DNA of 64,000 nucleotides, from positions 1 to 64,000 of the forward strand of contig CAWJQU010000016.1 of NCBI GenBank assembly GCA_963845145.1, given 5' to 3'. This document shows positions 46,564-54,696 of the stretch, one piece after another. How positions within the stretch are numbered: the first letter of the stretch is position 1; each line of letters starts with the position of its first letter. The DNA comes from an uncultured delta proteobacterium. GTDB lineage: Bacteria > Desulfobacterota > Desulfobacteria > Desulfobacterales > QNYZ01. Below the pieces are notes generated by a model. The model was not told where the DNA came from. It was given only the letters and a program-made list of their open reading frames with translations, and did no database searches. The translations under genes were made by a program, and so were the position numbers.

Positions 46564-47325
46564 TTATTCCGTTTTTCCCAGCGTCCACAAACGAACGAAA
46601 TCCGATGGAGACAAAGGGCGGTTAAACACAGCTAAATAAGGTTTTTCCACGGGTCCCCCCATAAAGAGCGCGTTGGGGCACTGATTTTGATCCTCTGCGC
46701 GACGTTGCCACTGCATCATCGCGGCCTCGATAGGATCACCTCTTAATGGGACAATTTGGTCGCTTTCAATCGTCAGTCTATCGGCTTGCTTAAAGTCACT
46801 ACGGCGCAGTCGTTCTGTCTCGGGTAGTGAGGTTATCGTTGTGTTGGTTAATATTGATCGTTTCAATTTTATGTCAGACCAATCCACAACGGGTGGTTGG
46901 AATTTACCTAAAGCCCGCTCGAGTTCACTGAATTTTTCGGCACGGGAAGCAGTAAGTTCTTCCATCCTGCGCCAAGTAAGTTCTAATCCTACTGACAGAT
47001 ATTCCCAATAGCGTTCCCATCCTTTTAATTTGCCAGTGCCCATGACCAGTAGGGGATAGGGCCGGCCTAGCCGATCACAACTATTGGTAATAACGCCACA
47101 GGCGAGGGCATGATTACCCGTCGCCTGAGTCCAAAACCGCCACGTGCAGGGTTTTCGGGCATCGCTTTCCTCGACGCTTAATTGGCTGTAGCCCTTCTGG
47201 ATCCAGTTGGATAAAGCCAGTTCAACGCGAGTTTTTAGGCCCCAATTCAGGTAGTCACTAGCTGAAGGGTGTTTACCCCAAATAGTCCATTGCCACCGTA
47301 ATTTGTCGATTATTGATCCCAGCAC
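46564..47325 (-). CDS. tagF: T6SS regulator TagF
   Basis: WGKHPSASDY, WRFW, GV...SCDRLGRPYPL; located after tssM. Confidence 0.85.
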   Translation of the reverse strand: MLGSIIDKLRWQWTIWGKHPSASDYLNWGLKTRVELALSNWIQKGYSQLSVEESDARKPCTWRFWTQATGNHALACGVITNSCDRLGRPYPLLVMGTGKLKGWERYWEYLSVGLELTWRRMEELTASRAEKFSELERALGKFQPPVVDWSDIKLKRSILTNTTITSLPETERLRRSDFKQADRLTIESDQIVPLRGDPIEAAMMQWQRRAEDQNQCPNALFMGGPVEKPYLAVFNRPLSPSDFVRLWTLGKTE

Positions 47326-49157
47326 GCTACAATGTCCCGCGGCACATCAGGAATTCTAGACTCCCAAGCTTGTTTTACTTTCTGGGCCAAAAGTTTCTTT
47401 TGTTTTTTTAAACGATCCTTAGCCTGTTGTTCTTTAAGTTCTTTTAAGGCCTGTTTGGCTTCCATGTGCGCCAGCATTTGTCCGATATTCATCGTCTGGT
47501 TTGATTTTTCAATTTTTTGGCGTGCATCACGCGCCTGGGATGCATTTTTGGCTGCCGCGGCGATTCGCAGTGTCTCTTTTCTCTTTTTTTCACGTTCTTC
47601 TTGATCGGAAATAATCGCTACTATCGGCTGATGCCCATCAAATTGATAGTTTACCTTGATATACTTAACGCCTTGGTGTTTAAGGACATCCGTCTTCTCG
47701 GCAAATTCACTAAGGGCAAATGTACGTTTACCTCCGGGAAAGTCATTAAAAAACTGGGGGAAAGCCAGTTGTCCCGAATATTTTTTGGTTAATACCTGGC
47801 TACCGATTTCGATTTTAAGGGTAACATCAGTACATATCTCAGGGACCCAGACAAAGGTTTTATCGACTGGAAAATTCATGTTTACCAGGCTGGTCTTCCG
47901 GTCACCACAATGGAGCATCAGCGTTGCCGCATGGGGTTCAATGCGGGCATTGGAATTCACATCGGTGGGCAGTCCCTTTATGGATACAACATACTTGTCT
48001 TTTAACATTAGCGGCGGTGGTTCCGGTTCCGGCGATATCGGTTCCGGCAATTGCATCGGCGTCTTTTGATAATCCCGTAAAAATAATAGTTCAAGCAAGG
48101 CATCGGTTTCACCGGCGGATTCCAAAGAGGCCTCCAATCCGGAATCTAAATCAATCGCTTGTTTGTGTTTTATCATCTCCATGCCACGGGTGACGAAATC
48201 CAGAAAATCAGTTTTAAATGGCAAGCGCCGACCGAGCGACAACCGGGGGAAAATTCCTTTTTCAAGATTGCGGCTGAGAAACGGGGCGGCCGGGCCATTA
48301 ATGAACTTAACGGCATAACCATCCGATGCAAACAGGAGTTCGTGGATACGCGTTTTGTCACCAATCCCTTTAATCTCAAACAGGACATCCTTTTCCCAAA
48401 GCTGGTTTAAATAACAGGCGCTTTCCAAATTCACATAGTCTCGCATGAAATAAAGGGGACCCGAGGTGAGGTTCCAAAATGCTTTTTGGTAAATCGGGTC
48501 TTGGATCTCAAGGGCATTTTGTAGCTTTTTCAGTGCTTTATGGGCAACAAAAAATGGAGATTCACTGGTTGCCGGATCGTCTTTAAAATAATCGACGGTC
48601 AACTGATAAGAGACTTGTCTAGATTCCGCGGTCAAAGCGATATCGCTCAAAGCCTTTCGATAAGTTTGATAAGCTTTGGCGGCAATCATTTGAACTTCAA
48701 GCGGGCTGCCTACTCCGGTTTTGCTCACTTTTTTTTCAATTTTTTCAATCTTATTGAGCAGGTTTTTTCCCTTTCGGGTCGCTTTGGCGATGACACCTAA
48801 TTTCTCTATTGAATCACCACTGTTCGCCTGTGTTTTGGCGGCCTGCAGACCTTTCACCAGATGAATCCAGGGAATCAGGGTTTTATCCTCATCAGGATCT
48901 GCTCGTTGACTGTCGATGGCTGCCAGCTGGATGGCAAGGGTGTCGAGAAATGCAAAATAGGGGCTATGATCGGTGGTAATTCTTCTGGCCACCTGTTGCC
49001 AGGCGGTTTTGTCGGCCAGCCAGTACTCTCCCTTGGGAAAGGCAATCGTAAAATCGTTCCAAATCTTGGCAAAGGCGGCAGGGTACCATTGATTGAAATC
49101 GGGCTTTTTATCAGTGAAGATCGTGGGGTCAGGCAGGGCAGACTCAATCTCACCCAT
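47310..49157 (-). CDS. tssM: TssM C-terminal periplasmic part (frameshifted)
   Basis: Joins the 49213..51108 frame after removing one base near 49222-49224 (NPDNITIPPAFTVEG...); ends PDVPRDIVACWDQ. Confidence 0.75.
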   Translation of the reverse strand: MGEIESALPDPTIFTDKKPDFNQWYPAAFAKIWNDFTIAFPKGEYWLADKTAWQQVARRITTDHSPYFAFLDTLAIQLAAIDSQRADPDEDKTLIPWIHLVKGLQAAKTQANSGDSIEKLGVIAKATRKGKNLLNKIEKIEKKVSKTGVGSPLEVQMIAAKAYQTYRKALSDIALTAESRQVSYQLTVDYFKDDPATSESPFFVAHKALKKLQNALEIQDPIYQKAFWNLTSGPLYFMRDYVNLESACYLNQLWEKDVLFEIKGIGDKTRIHELLFASDGYAVKFINGPAAPFLSRNLEKGIFPRLSLGRRLPFKTDFLDFVTRGMEMIKHKQAIDLDSGLEASLESAGETDALLELLFLRDYQKTPMQLPEPISPEPEPPPLMLKDKYVVSIKGLPTDVNSNARIEPHAATLMLHCGDRKTSLVNMNFPVDKTFVWVPEICTDVTLKIEIGSQVLTKKYSGQLAFPQFFNDFPGGKRTFALSEFAEKTDVLKHQGVKYIKVNYQFDGHQPIVAIISDQEEREKKRKETLRIAAAAKNASQARDARQKIEKSNQTMNIGQMLAHMEAKQALKELKEQQAKDRLKKQKKLLAQKVKQAWESRIPDVPRDIVACWDQ

Positions 49158-49212
49158 TAGTAGATCGATATGTTTTTTCCCTTCTACCGTAAAGGCAGGT
49201 GGAATGGTGATA

Positions 49213-51108
49213 TTATCGGGATTTCGTCAACCGGTCGCCCCAATAATCTTCGAGCGTAATGTATTCCAGGTCGGGCTGGATATTGGCCCAAGCCACCAGC
49301 CAGTTAATATTATCGGGTTTTGTGGCCAGGATATATTTTAGCCAACTTTGCAATTGTTGCATTTCCCCGGTCAATTTAGCGGTTTGCCCCTGCCAGGCTA
49401 AATATTGGTCATTCAAAAGGTTAAATTGGGAGGTGATCTCCGACTCCAGAGTCGCGTCGGCCATGACCAGATCGGGATCATATAGTGGGTGGGAACGATT
49501 CTGGAGGGCGTCAAATCCATCTCCGGAAAACCGTGCTTTTAACAGGTTAATTCGTCGGGCCAAATGGGCCGCATAGCGGCCGATCAGTGTATCGGGGATT
49601 TCTTTGCCGGCGGCGGCCAAAGTCTCTTCCAGACGAAGATCATAGGCCGCGGATAAAGACTCGGAAAAGGTGCGGCAATAGCTATTTTTAAGCTGCATTT
49701 CCACTTCATTGCTTTCGATTAAACCGAATCGTGGGAGCCACCAGCTGTTGTTTTTCTTTTCGACATCAAGAACCACTTGTCGGAATCGGTCCATCTGGGA
49801 TAAGTCAGACAGTAATTTGCCCTCAAGGACAGGGGGTTTGAAAAATTCGTTCGGTATGCCTCGAATAATGCTTAAGTTTTTGACAAATGAAAAACTCAAA
49901 AGACCGCATAAGGCGATTATCACCGTTACCCATGCGGTTAACCCGATATTACGCGTGAGGCGTCCCCATCGAATGGTTCGTGTGGTCGGGACAAACAGCC
50001 GTCGGTCATGGGGGAGAATTTTGGTGAATAAATTGTGGAGAAAAAGGCCCCGGTCGGAGTTAGGGAGAACATCCCCGGTTTCGATGACGCCCAAAGCCTT
50101 TAAAAAGTGGGAGTAGGGCGTCCCCTCTTGGTGTCCACTGCTAAAATACAAACCTCTAAAGATCGGTGTTTCCTGGTAGGGGTTGGGTAGGAAAGCGCCC
50201 TTCAAAAAAGCCGTTAAACCTGGTTTAACTTGTTCGAATTCGTCCGGGAAAAGAATAAGGGCGGGGTCAGCTCCGTCACCGGTAACCCGTCCATGAACGC
50301 TGGCCGAGGATTTATGCAGCAAGACGAGGCGAAGATCCCGAAGCCGTTCGGCAATCGTGCCCACGGCCTGGTTTACAAAAGCGGAAACCTCGGCCATGGG
50401 GTCGGGATTAACGACACCCATGGCCTGTTGCAGCGCTTTGTCGTCTAGTTGGTCGCAAAATTGGGTCATCCCCTTAATCAGATCACATTTGGTGATGAGA
50501 ATGTAGACCGGAAATTTTGTCCCCAGTATCCGCATGAGCTCGTCGATACGCTTGCGGATACTCCGGCCGGTTTCTTCCAGTTGTTCGGCACCTAATTGGA
50601 GTAGGTTGTCTGCCGCTACCGTTACGACTAATCCATTTAAGGGCTCTTTCTTTCTAAACTTGGCCAGGAGGGATAAGAATTGGTGCCATTCATCCCGATC
50701 ACGGCCTTCGTCTACGGGGACGGCATATCGACCGGCCGTATCGAGTAACACCGCCTGTTCAAAAAACCACCAATCACAATTTCGGGTGCCGGAAATCCCG
50801 GATATTCGGCTGACTTCGGCAAACGAGGATGAGAGGCCCGCATTTTTAATGGCTGTGGTTTTGCCAGAGCCGCTTTCGCCGATGACCAGATACCATGGTA
50901 GGACGTACAGCGGATTACCGTATTGTTTTAGATGCGAGGCTTTAAGGGTTTCGACAGCCTCTTTCCAACGTGACTGAAGATCGCGAAGACGTTCGGTATC
51001 GCCCACATCCGCATGTTTTAGCGAGGCTTCATCTTGGGCAATGACCTGGTTGACAAAATGTTTCTCCCTTCGTCGCAAAAAAAGCCTTCGAATAAACCAA
51101 AGGATCAA
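49213..51108 (-). CDS. tssM: TssM/IcmF central part
   Basis: LYVLPWYLVIGESGSGKT, CDWWF..AVLLDTAGRY, PLNGLVV, FPVYILITKCDL, FRGLYFSSG.QEG. Confidence 0.9.
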   Translation of the reverse strand: MILWFIRRLFLRRREKHFVNQVIAQDEASLKHADVGDTERLRDLQSRWKEAVETLKASHLKQYGNPLYVLPWYLVIGESGSGKTTAIKNAGLSSSFAEVSRISGISGTRNCDWWFFEQAVLLDTAGRYAVPVDEGRDRDEWHQFLSLLAKFRKKEPLNGLVVTVAADNLLQLGAEQLEETGRSIRKRIDELMRILGTKFPVYILITKCDLIKGMTQFCDQLDDKALQQAMGVVNPDPMAEVSAFVNQAVGTIAERLRDLRLVLLHKSSASVHGRVTGDGADPALILFPDEFEQVKPGLTAFLKGAFLPNPYQETPIFRGLYFSSGHQEGTPYSHFLKALGVIETGDVLPNSDRGLFLHNLFTKILPHDRRLFVPTTRTIRWGRLTRNIGLTAWVTVIIALCGLLSFSFVKNLSIIRGIPNEFFKPPVLEGKLLSDLSQMDRFRQVVLDVEKKNNSWWLPRFGLIESNEVEMQLKNSYCRTFSESLSAAYDLRLEETLAAAGKEIPDTLIGRYAAHLARRINLLKARFSGDGFDALQNRSHPLYDPDLVMADATLESEITSQFNLLNDQYLAWQGQTAKLTGEMQQLQSWLKYILATKPDNINWLVAWANIQPDLEYITLEDYWGDRLTKSR

Positions 51109-51259
51109 TATAAACCCTATGAGTGCCGGCCAGGATGAACCCGCCCATCCACCAGGGCCATCCCAAGGTCAATACAAGGCCGAATACGACTAGACCGATG
51201 AGTAGTATCAGCGTAATCAACAAAAAGATTTTTAGTAATTTAATCAAGAGCGCTTTCAT
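51029..51259 (-). CDS. tssM: TssM N-terminal transmembrane part (frameshift near 51125)
   Basis: Hydrophobic helices continue as LIGFILILWFIRR in the next frame. Confidence 0.7.
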   Translation of the reverse strand: MKALLIKLLKIFLLITLILLIGLVVFGLVLTLGWPWWMGGFILAGTHRVYIDPLVYSKAFFATKGETFCQPGHCPR

Positions 51260-51268
51260 CTCGGATAC

Positions 51269-51946
51269 CTATAAAACAAATCCCTGACCAACATTGTTTA
51301 AAATAAATCGATAGATAAAGAAAAGTACACCGAAAAGAATGACCGGGAAACCGACACAAAAAAGGGTAAAAAAGGAGAACAGGCCACTTTTTGTATGCGA
51401 TGCCATCGGCATTTCGGTTGCGGTGGGATACGCTTCGGAAAATAAAAGGGTACCATTGACAGATGGCGGCCCCACGGCGCTTCCGGTTAACAGTTTCAGA
51501 TTTGATGTTTGAAGTTGATCAAGTAGATATTCATCACCGTCGTGGCAATAGCGGCCCATGAATCCGAGGGCCAGACAAAGATAGTAGACCTCGCGAACAT
51601 CCCGCTGATGGGGACCTAACGTGTTTAAACGTTCGAAAAAAAGTTCGCCGGCATCGGTGGTCTGAAAATAAATCCGTTGGAGTTGTTCGCTCTGCCACCG
51701 GTTTTTATGGGACCAATTTGAGCTTAAAATCACCTCATCCACCCAGGCAAAGACGGCAAAACGGGCCTGGTCGTAGTCATCTGCCGATGACCTGCTTTGA
51801 GCGACCCGGTTTTGGCTCACAGCAATGAACCGCTCAATATCATTTTTGACTTGATCGTATGGGGGTTGGCGTTCGCCGGCCGACCTTTTAAAGTAAGCGA
51901 CATAAGCCACCAGCTCGATAAAACAGTCCATCAAGCGCATGATCAA
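51269..51946 (-). CDS. tssL: T6SS TssL (DotU family), without OmpA domain
   Basis: ARFAVFAWVDEVIL, LQ..YF.T.DAGELFFERL, EVYYLCLALGF.GRY; C-terminal TM. Confidence 0.93.
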   Translation of the reverse strand: MIMRLMDCFIELVAYVAYFKRSAGERQPPYDQVKNDIERFIAVSQNRVAQSRSSADDYDQARFAVFAWVDEVILSSNWSHKNRWQSEQLQRIYFQTTDAGELFFERLNTLGPHQRDVREVYYLCLALGFMGRYCHDGDEYLLDQLQTSNLKLLTGSAVGPPSVNGTLLFSEAYPTATEMPMASHTKSGLFSFFTLFCVGFPVILFGVLFFIYRFILNNVGQGFVL

Positions 51947-53328
51947 TCTCTCCCTGATACCATTAACTCGATTTTTAAATCTTCCGGCGCAGTATCCCAG
52001 AATAGGGCAATGTTATTAAATCGGGTAACGTTTTGCCATTGATCACCATGCAAATCGACTTGCAGATAGGTGGCCCTTGACCGGCGTGGGAGTTCCTGAG
52101 GTGGTGCGGGTAAATGGGTTAGCTGGATTCCCGGCAGCGCCCTGGCAATCAGTATCGGTAAGGATTCTTTGGCGCTCAGTTTTCCCGTTGTGGACAAGGA
52201 TTTTGTTAACGAGGCCTGTTCCATTTCGGTATCCAGAACCAGGTAGAACCGGTTCCGTCCCTCAAACATCTTGGGATTTAAATCTGCCGCAAAGTATGTG
52301 CCATCATAGATTAGCTGGATGATATACTCCGGCCCGGCGGTGATTTCATCCAATAACCGAATAATGACCGATCGGGCCGCCGAGAAACATTCCCACAGGC
52401 GACGATGGTCATAAGCGGGTATCTCGAATGAACCATCGGCCATGTCTCCCATGGCGCTGACCTGATTGGAAAATGACGACAATTCGCCGATCGCCTGGCG
52501 TAAAAGGCCGTAAACCGCCCACGGATGGACATGGGGGGTGTCGGTGACATGAAAAAGGAACGGCGCATAACGATTGAGTGTTCGCAATGCCAGGAGGTAG
52601 ACCATGTCCCGGGCGCCGAATTCCGCGGTATGAATTCCCCGTTCCTGTTTGTATGCCTCAAGCTGGCGACCGCGCGCGGCAATTTGGTCCCGGATTTCTT
52701 TGATCAAATTGATCAGTGTCGGCGTTGTATCCAGCGTTAAAGCAGGTGGGATGTATGCTTCGGATAGCCCAATGCTATCACCCGTGCGTATCAGTTTCGC
52801 TACTGGCAGAGTGACGTAGTCATCGGCTTGATCTATTTCCGTTTCCCAGAATAGCTTCAATACATAGTAGAGGCGTTTTACGTTAGCTGGCGGGCTCTCT
52901 TCATATAGGCTTTGAATCTCCTCAGGGTCTGTGGTTGTGACATAACGGGTCCCGATATCGGAAATATTGTCCAGACTGGGAATGACCGTGACATTTTCGC
53001 CAGCCCGATCTAGTTTCCTTAAACCGAGATAGACGGTAAATGGTTTGCTCCCGTCGATCCACCCTTCCTCAAAAGATCTGGACTCAAAAAGCGTATTCCC
53101 CGGATAAACCAGATGGGTGTTGTCCGAAAGAACCAGTTCACAACTGTTGATGTCAAATAAAAAATTCCCGAGTCCGGCGTTGGCGATTTGGATCCCGCCA
53201 ATCCCCCAAAAATGGGGCGCCATGAATCGATGAATGGGGGAAAGCAGAGAACGAAAAAATTGATTCTCCAATTGGAGGTGCTGGGGCTGAAGAAAGAGCC
53301 CTTCATGCCAGAAGACTGGTTTGTCCAT
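51943..53328 (-). CDS. tssK: T6SS baseplate TssK
   Basis: VFWHEGLFLQPQHLQ, YIPPAL, HPW.VY..LRQ.IGEL, ALPGI.L.HLP.PP.ELP. Confidence 0.93.
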   Translation of the reverse strand: MDKPVFWHEGLFLQPQHLQLENQFFRSLLSPIHRFMAPHFWGIGGIQIANAGLGNFLFDINSCELVLSDNTHLVYPGNTLFESRSFEEGWIDGSKPFTVYLGLRKLDRAGENVTVIPSLDNISDIGTRYVTTTDPEEIQSLYEESPPANVKRLYYVLKLFWETEIDQADDYVTLPVAKLIRTGDSIGLSEAYIPPALTLDTTPTLINLIKEIRDQIAARGRQLEAYKQERGIHTAEFGARDMVYLLALRTLNRYAPFLFHVTDTPHVHPWAVYGLLRQAIGELSSFSNQVSAMGDMADGSFEIPAYDHRRLWECFSAARSVIIRLLDEITAGPEYIIQLIYDGTYFAADLNPKMFEGRNRFYLVLDTEMEQASLTKSLSTTGKLSAKESLPILIARALPGIQLTHLPAPPQELPRRSRATYLQVDLHGDQWQNVTRFNNIALFWDTAPEDLKIELMVSGRD

Positions 53329-53331
53329 TGG

Positions 53332-53934
53332 TTATTGCGCTCCTTTGGATTTAATTTCGATACCCTTTATTTGTTGATCACCGAAAATGATCCCCAGATT
53401 AAGCTTTCCGACGCGAGTGGTGGTTTTGCTTCCCATAAATCCATGCTTTTCCGTTATAACGGGAAAATCCACAACCCGGATGATTCGTTTTTTCTGCAGC
53501 AAATAATAGCCCGCCACGATAGCCAGATGGCGGGCCCCCTCTATGCGGTCAATCAACAGGTTTAAATTATCGCCCGGGTGGATGATAAGCCTTTTGGTGT
53601 CTGCGACGGTTGCATCAAACGGCCGACATTCAAGCAATTTGTAACGCCCCTCGATTTCTTCGGCCAAAGAGTTAAAAGCCGTTTTTCGCCTGAGTTGGTA
53701 AATACAGATCATTAGCGTATGGGCTTTACCGGCATGTAGATTTAATTTGGCATCGGCGTGGATCTGTAAGTGGATGGCTTCGCGTTCATATCTCCATTGG
53801 GGGACGGGCGGCGGTTGGTGTGCGCAGGAAAGGATTAAAATCGGCAGAATCATCATACTCAGGAGATAAACGCCTTTTTTCAATGGGAGCCTCCTTAAAG
53901 GTAAATGGTGGAATATAAATGAAATGTTTATCAA
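53332..53934 (-). CDS. tssJ: T6SS lipoprotein TssJ
   Basis: Lipobox ILS-C; ADAKLN...AH.L..CIYQL, IIHPG, DR.EGARHLAIVAGY; start uncertain. Confidence 0.85.
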   Translation of the reverse strand: MINISFIFHHLPLRRLPLKKGVYLLSMMILPILILSCAHQPPPVPQWRYEREAIHLQIHADAKLNLHAGKAHTLMICIYQLRRKTAFNSLAEEIEGRYKLLECRPFDATVADTKRLIIHPGDNLNLLIDRIEGARHLAIVAGYYLLQKKRIIRVVDFPVITEKHGFMGSKTTTRVGKLNLGIIFGDQQIKGIEIKSKGAQ

Positions 53935-53954
53935 AAAATGAAGATATCTGTCAA

Positions 53955-54695
53955 TCAGATCCTAAAATGCCGACTACAGCTTTTTTCAAATGCCCTTAAC
54001 AACTTTTTCTCAAATTGGTCTGACTCAAACCAACGACGGCAACGATCATGTTTTTCTTTAATGGCATTAAGTATCTTTTTTTTCCGTAAAGGCCCCATAT
54101 AGCTGTTTTCAAGGGTATTTGGGTCCAACTCGGCCAAAACCTCATCCATCACGTCTCGAACGGCCGTTTTCATCGCCTCCTGAGAAGTTAAAAATGCCTG
54201 CTCGATCTGCCCCAGATACGCAACCATTGAAGACGACGATGACTGGTTTGCGACACTCTGGCCGATAAATCCCCGGATGGTTTCCTCTTGGGAGGATGTG
54301 CCCGTAAGGGTTGTGTTGATAACCGTGATAATTCGGTTTAAAGTATCAAAGATTGTATTTAAAGCCTGGACCAGTGATTCTAACTGGGCTTTCGATTCAA
54401 GGTCTGTGGTGGTGGCCTTTTTCCCCAGAAGCAAGGGGAACAGTTTGGTAATGATATCGTTTTGAATTCCGGTTTCATCGGGCGATTTGTCCTGTGGTCG
54501 CTGATGGGGGGAGTGGTCGTTTTCCGCCAATTGTGATGCGACCTGCTGGACACGTTCTATTCGTGCCGGCCACGAAAGTTGTTCTAGTCGGTTATTTAAA
54601 AACGATTCTATCCGTTGGTCTGCATCGGCGGGATAGGTTGCGTAAATCTGCCTGATTGCCATGGCGAGACTATATGGGGACGTATCGGCCGGCAC
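53955..54695 (-). CDS. T6SS-associated hypothetical protein resembling the C-terminal domain of TagH/Fha
   Basis: SQEAMKTAVRDVMDEVLAELDPNTLE...FEKKLLRAFEK; no FHA domain; adjacent to tssJ. Confidence 0.55.
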   Translation of the reverse strand: MPADTSPYSLAMAIRQIYATYPADADQRIESFLNNRLEQLSWPARIERVQQVASQLAENDHSPHQRPQDKSPDETGIQNDIITKLFPLLLGKKATTTDLESKAQLESLVQALNTIFDTLNRIITVINTTLTGTSSQEETIRGFIGQSVANQSSSSSMVAYLGQIEQAFLTSQEAMKTAVRDVMDEVLAELDPNTLENSYMGPLRKKKILNAIKEKHDRCRRWFESDQFEKKLLRAFEKSCSRHFRI

Positions 54696-54696
54696 C

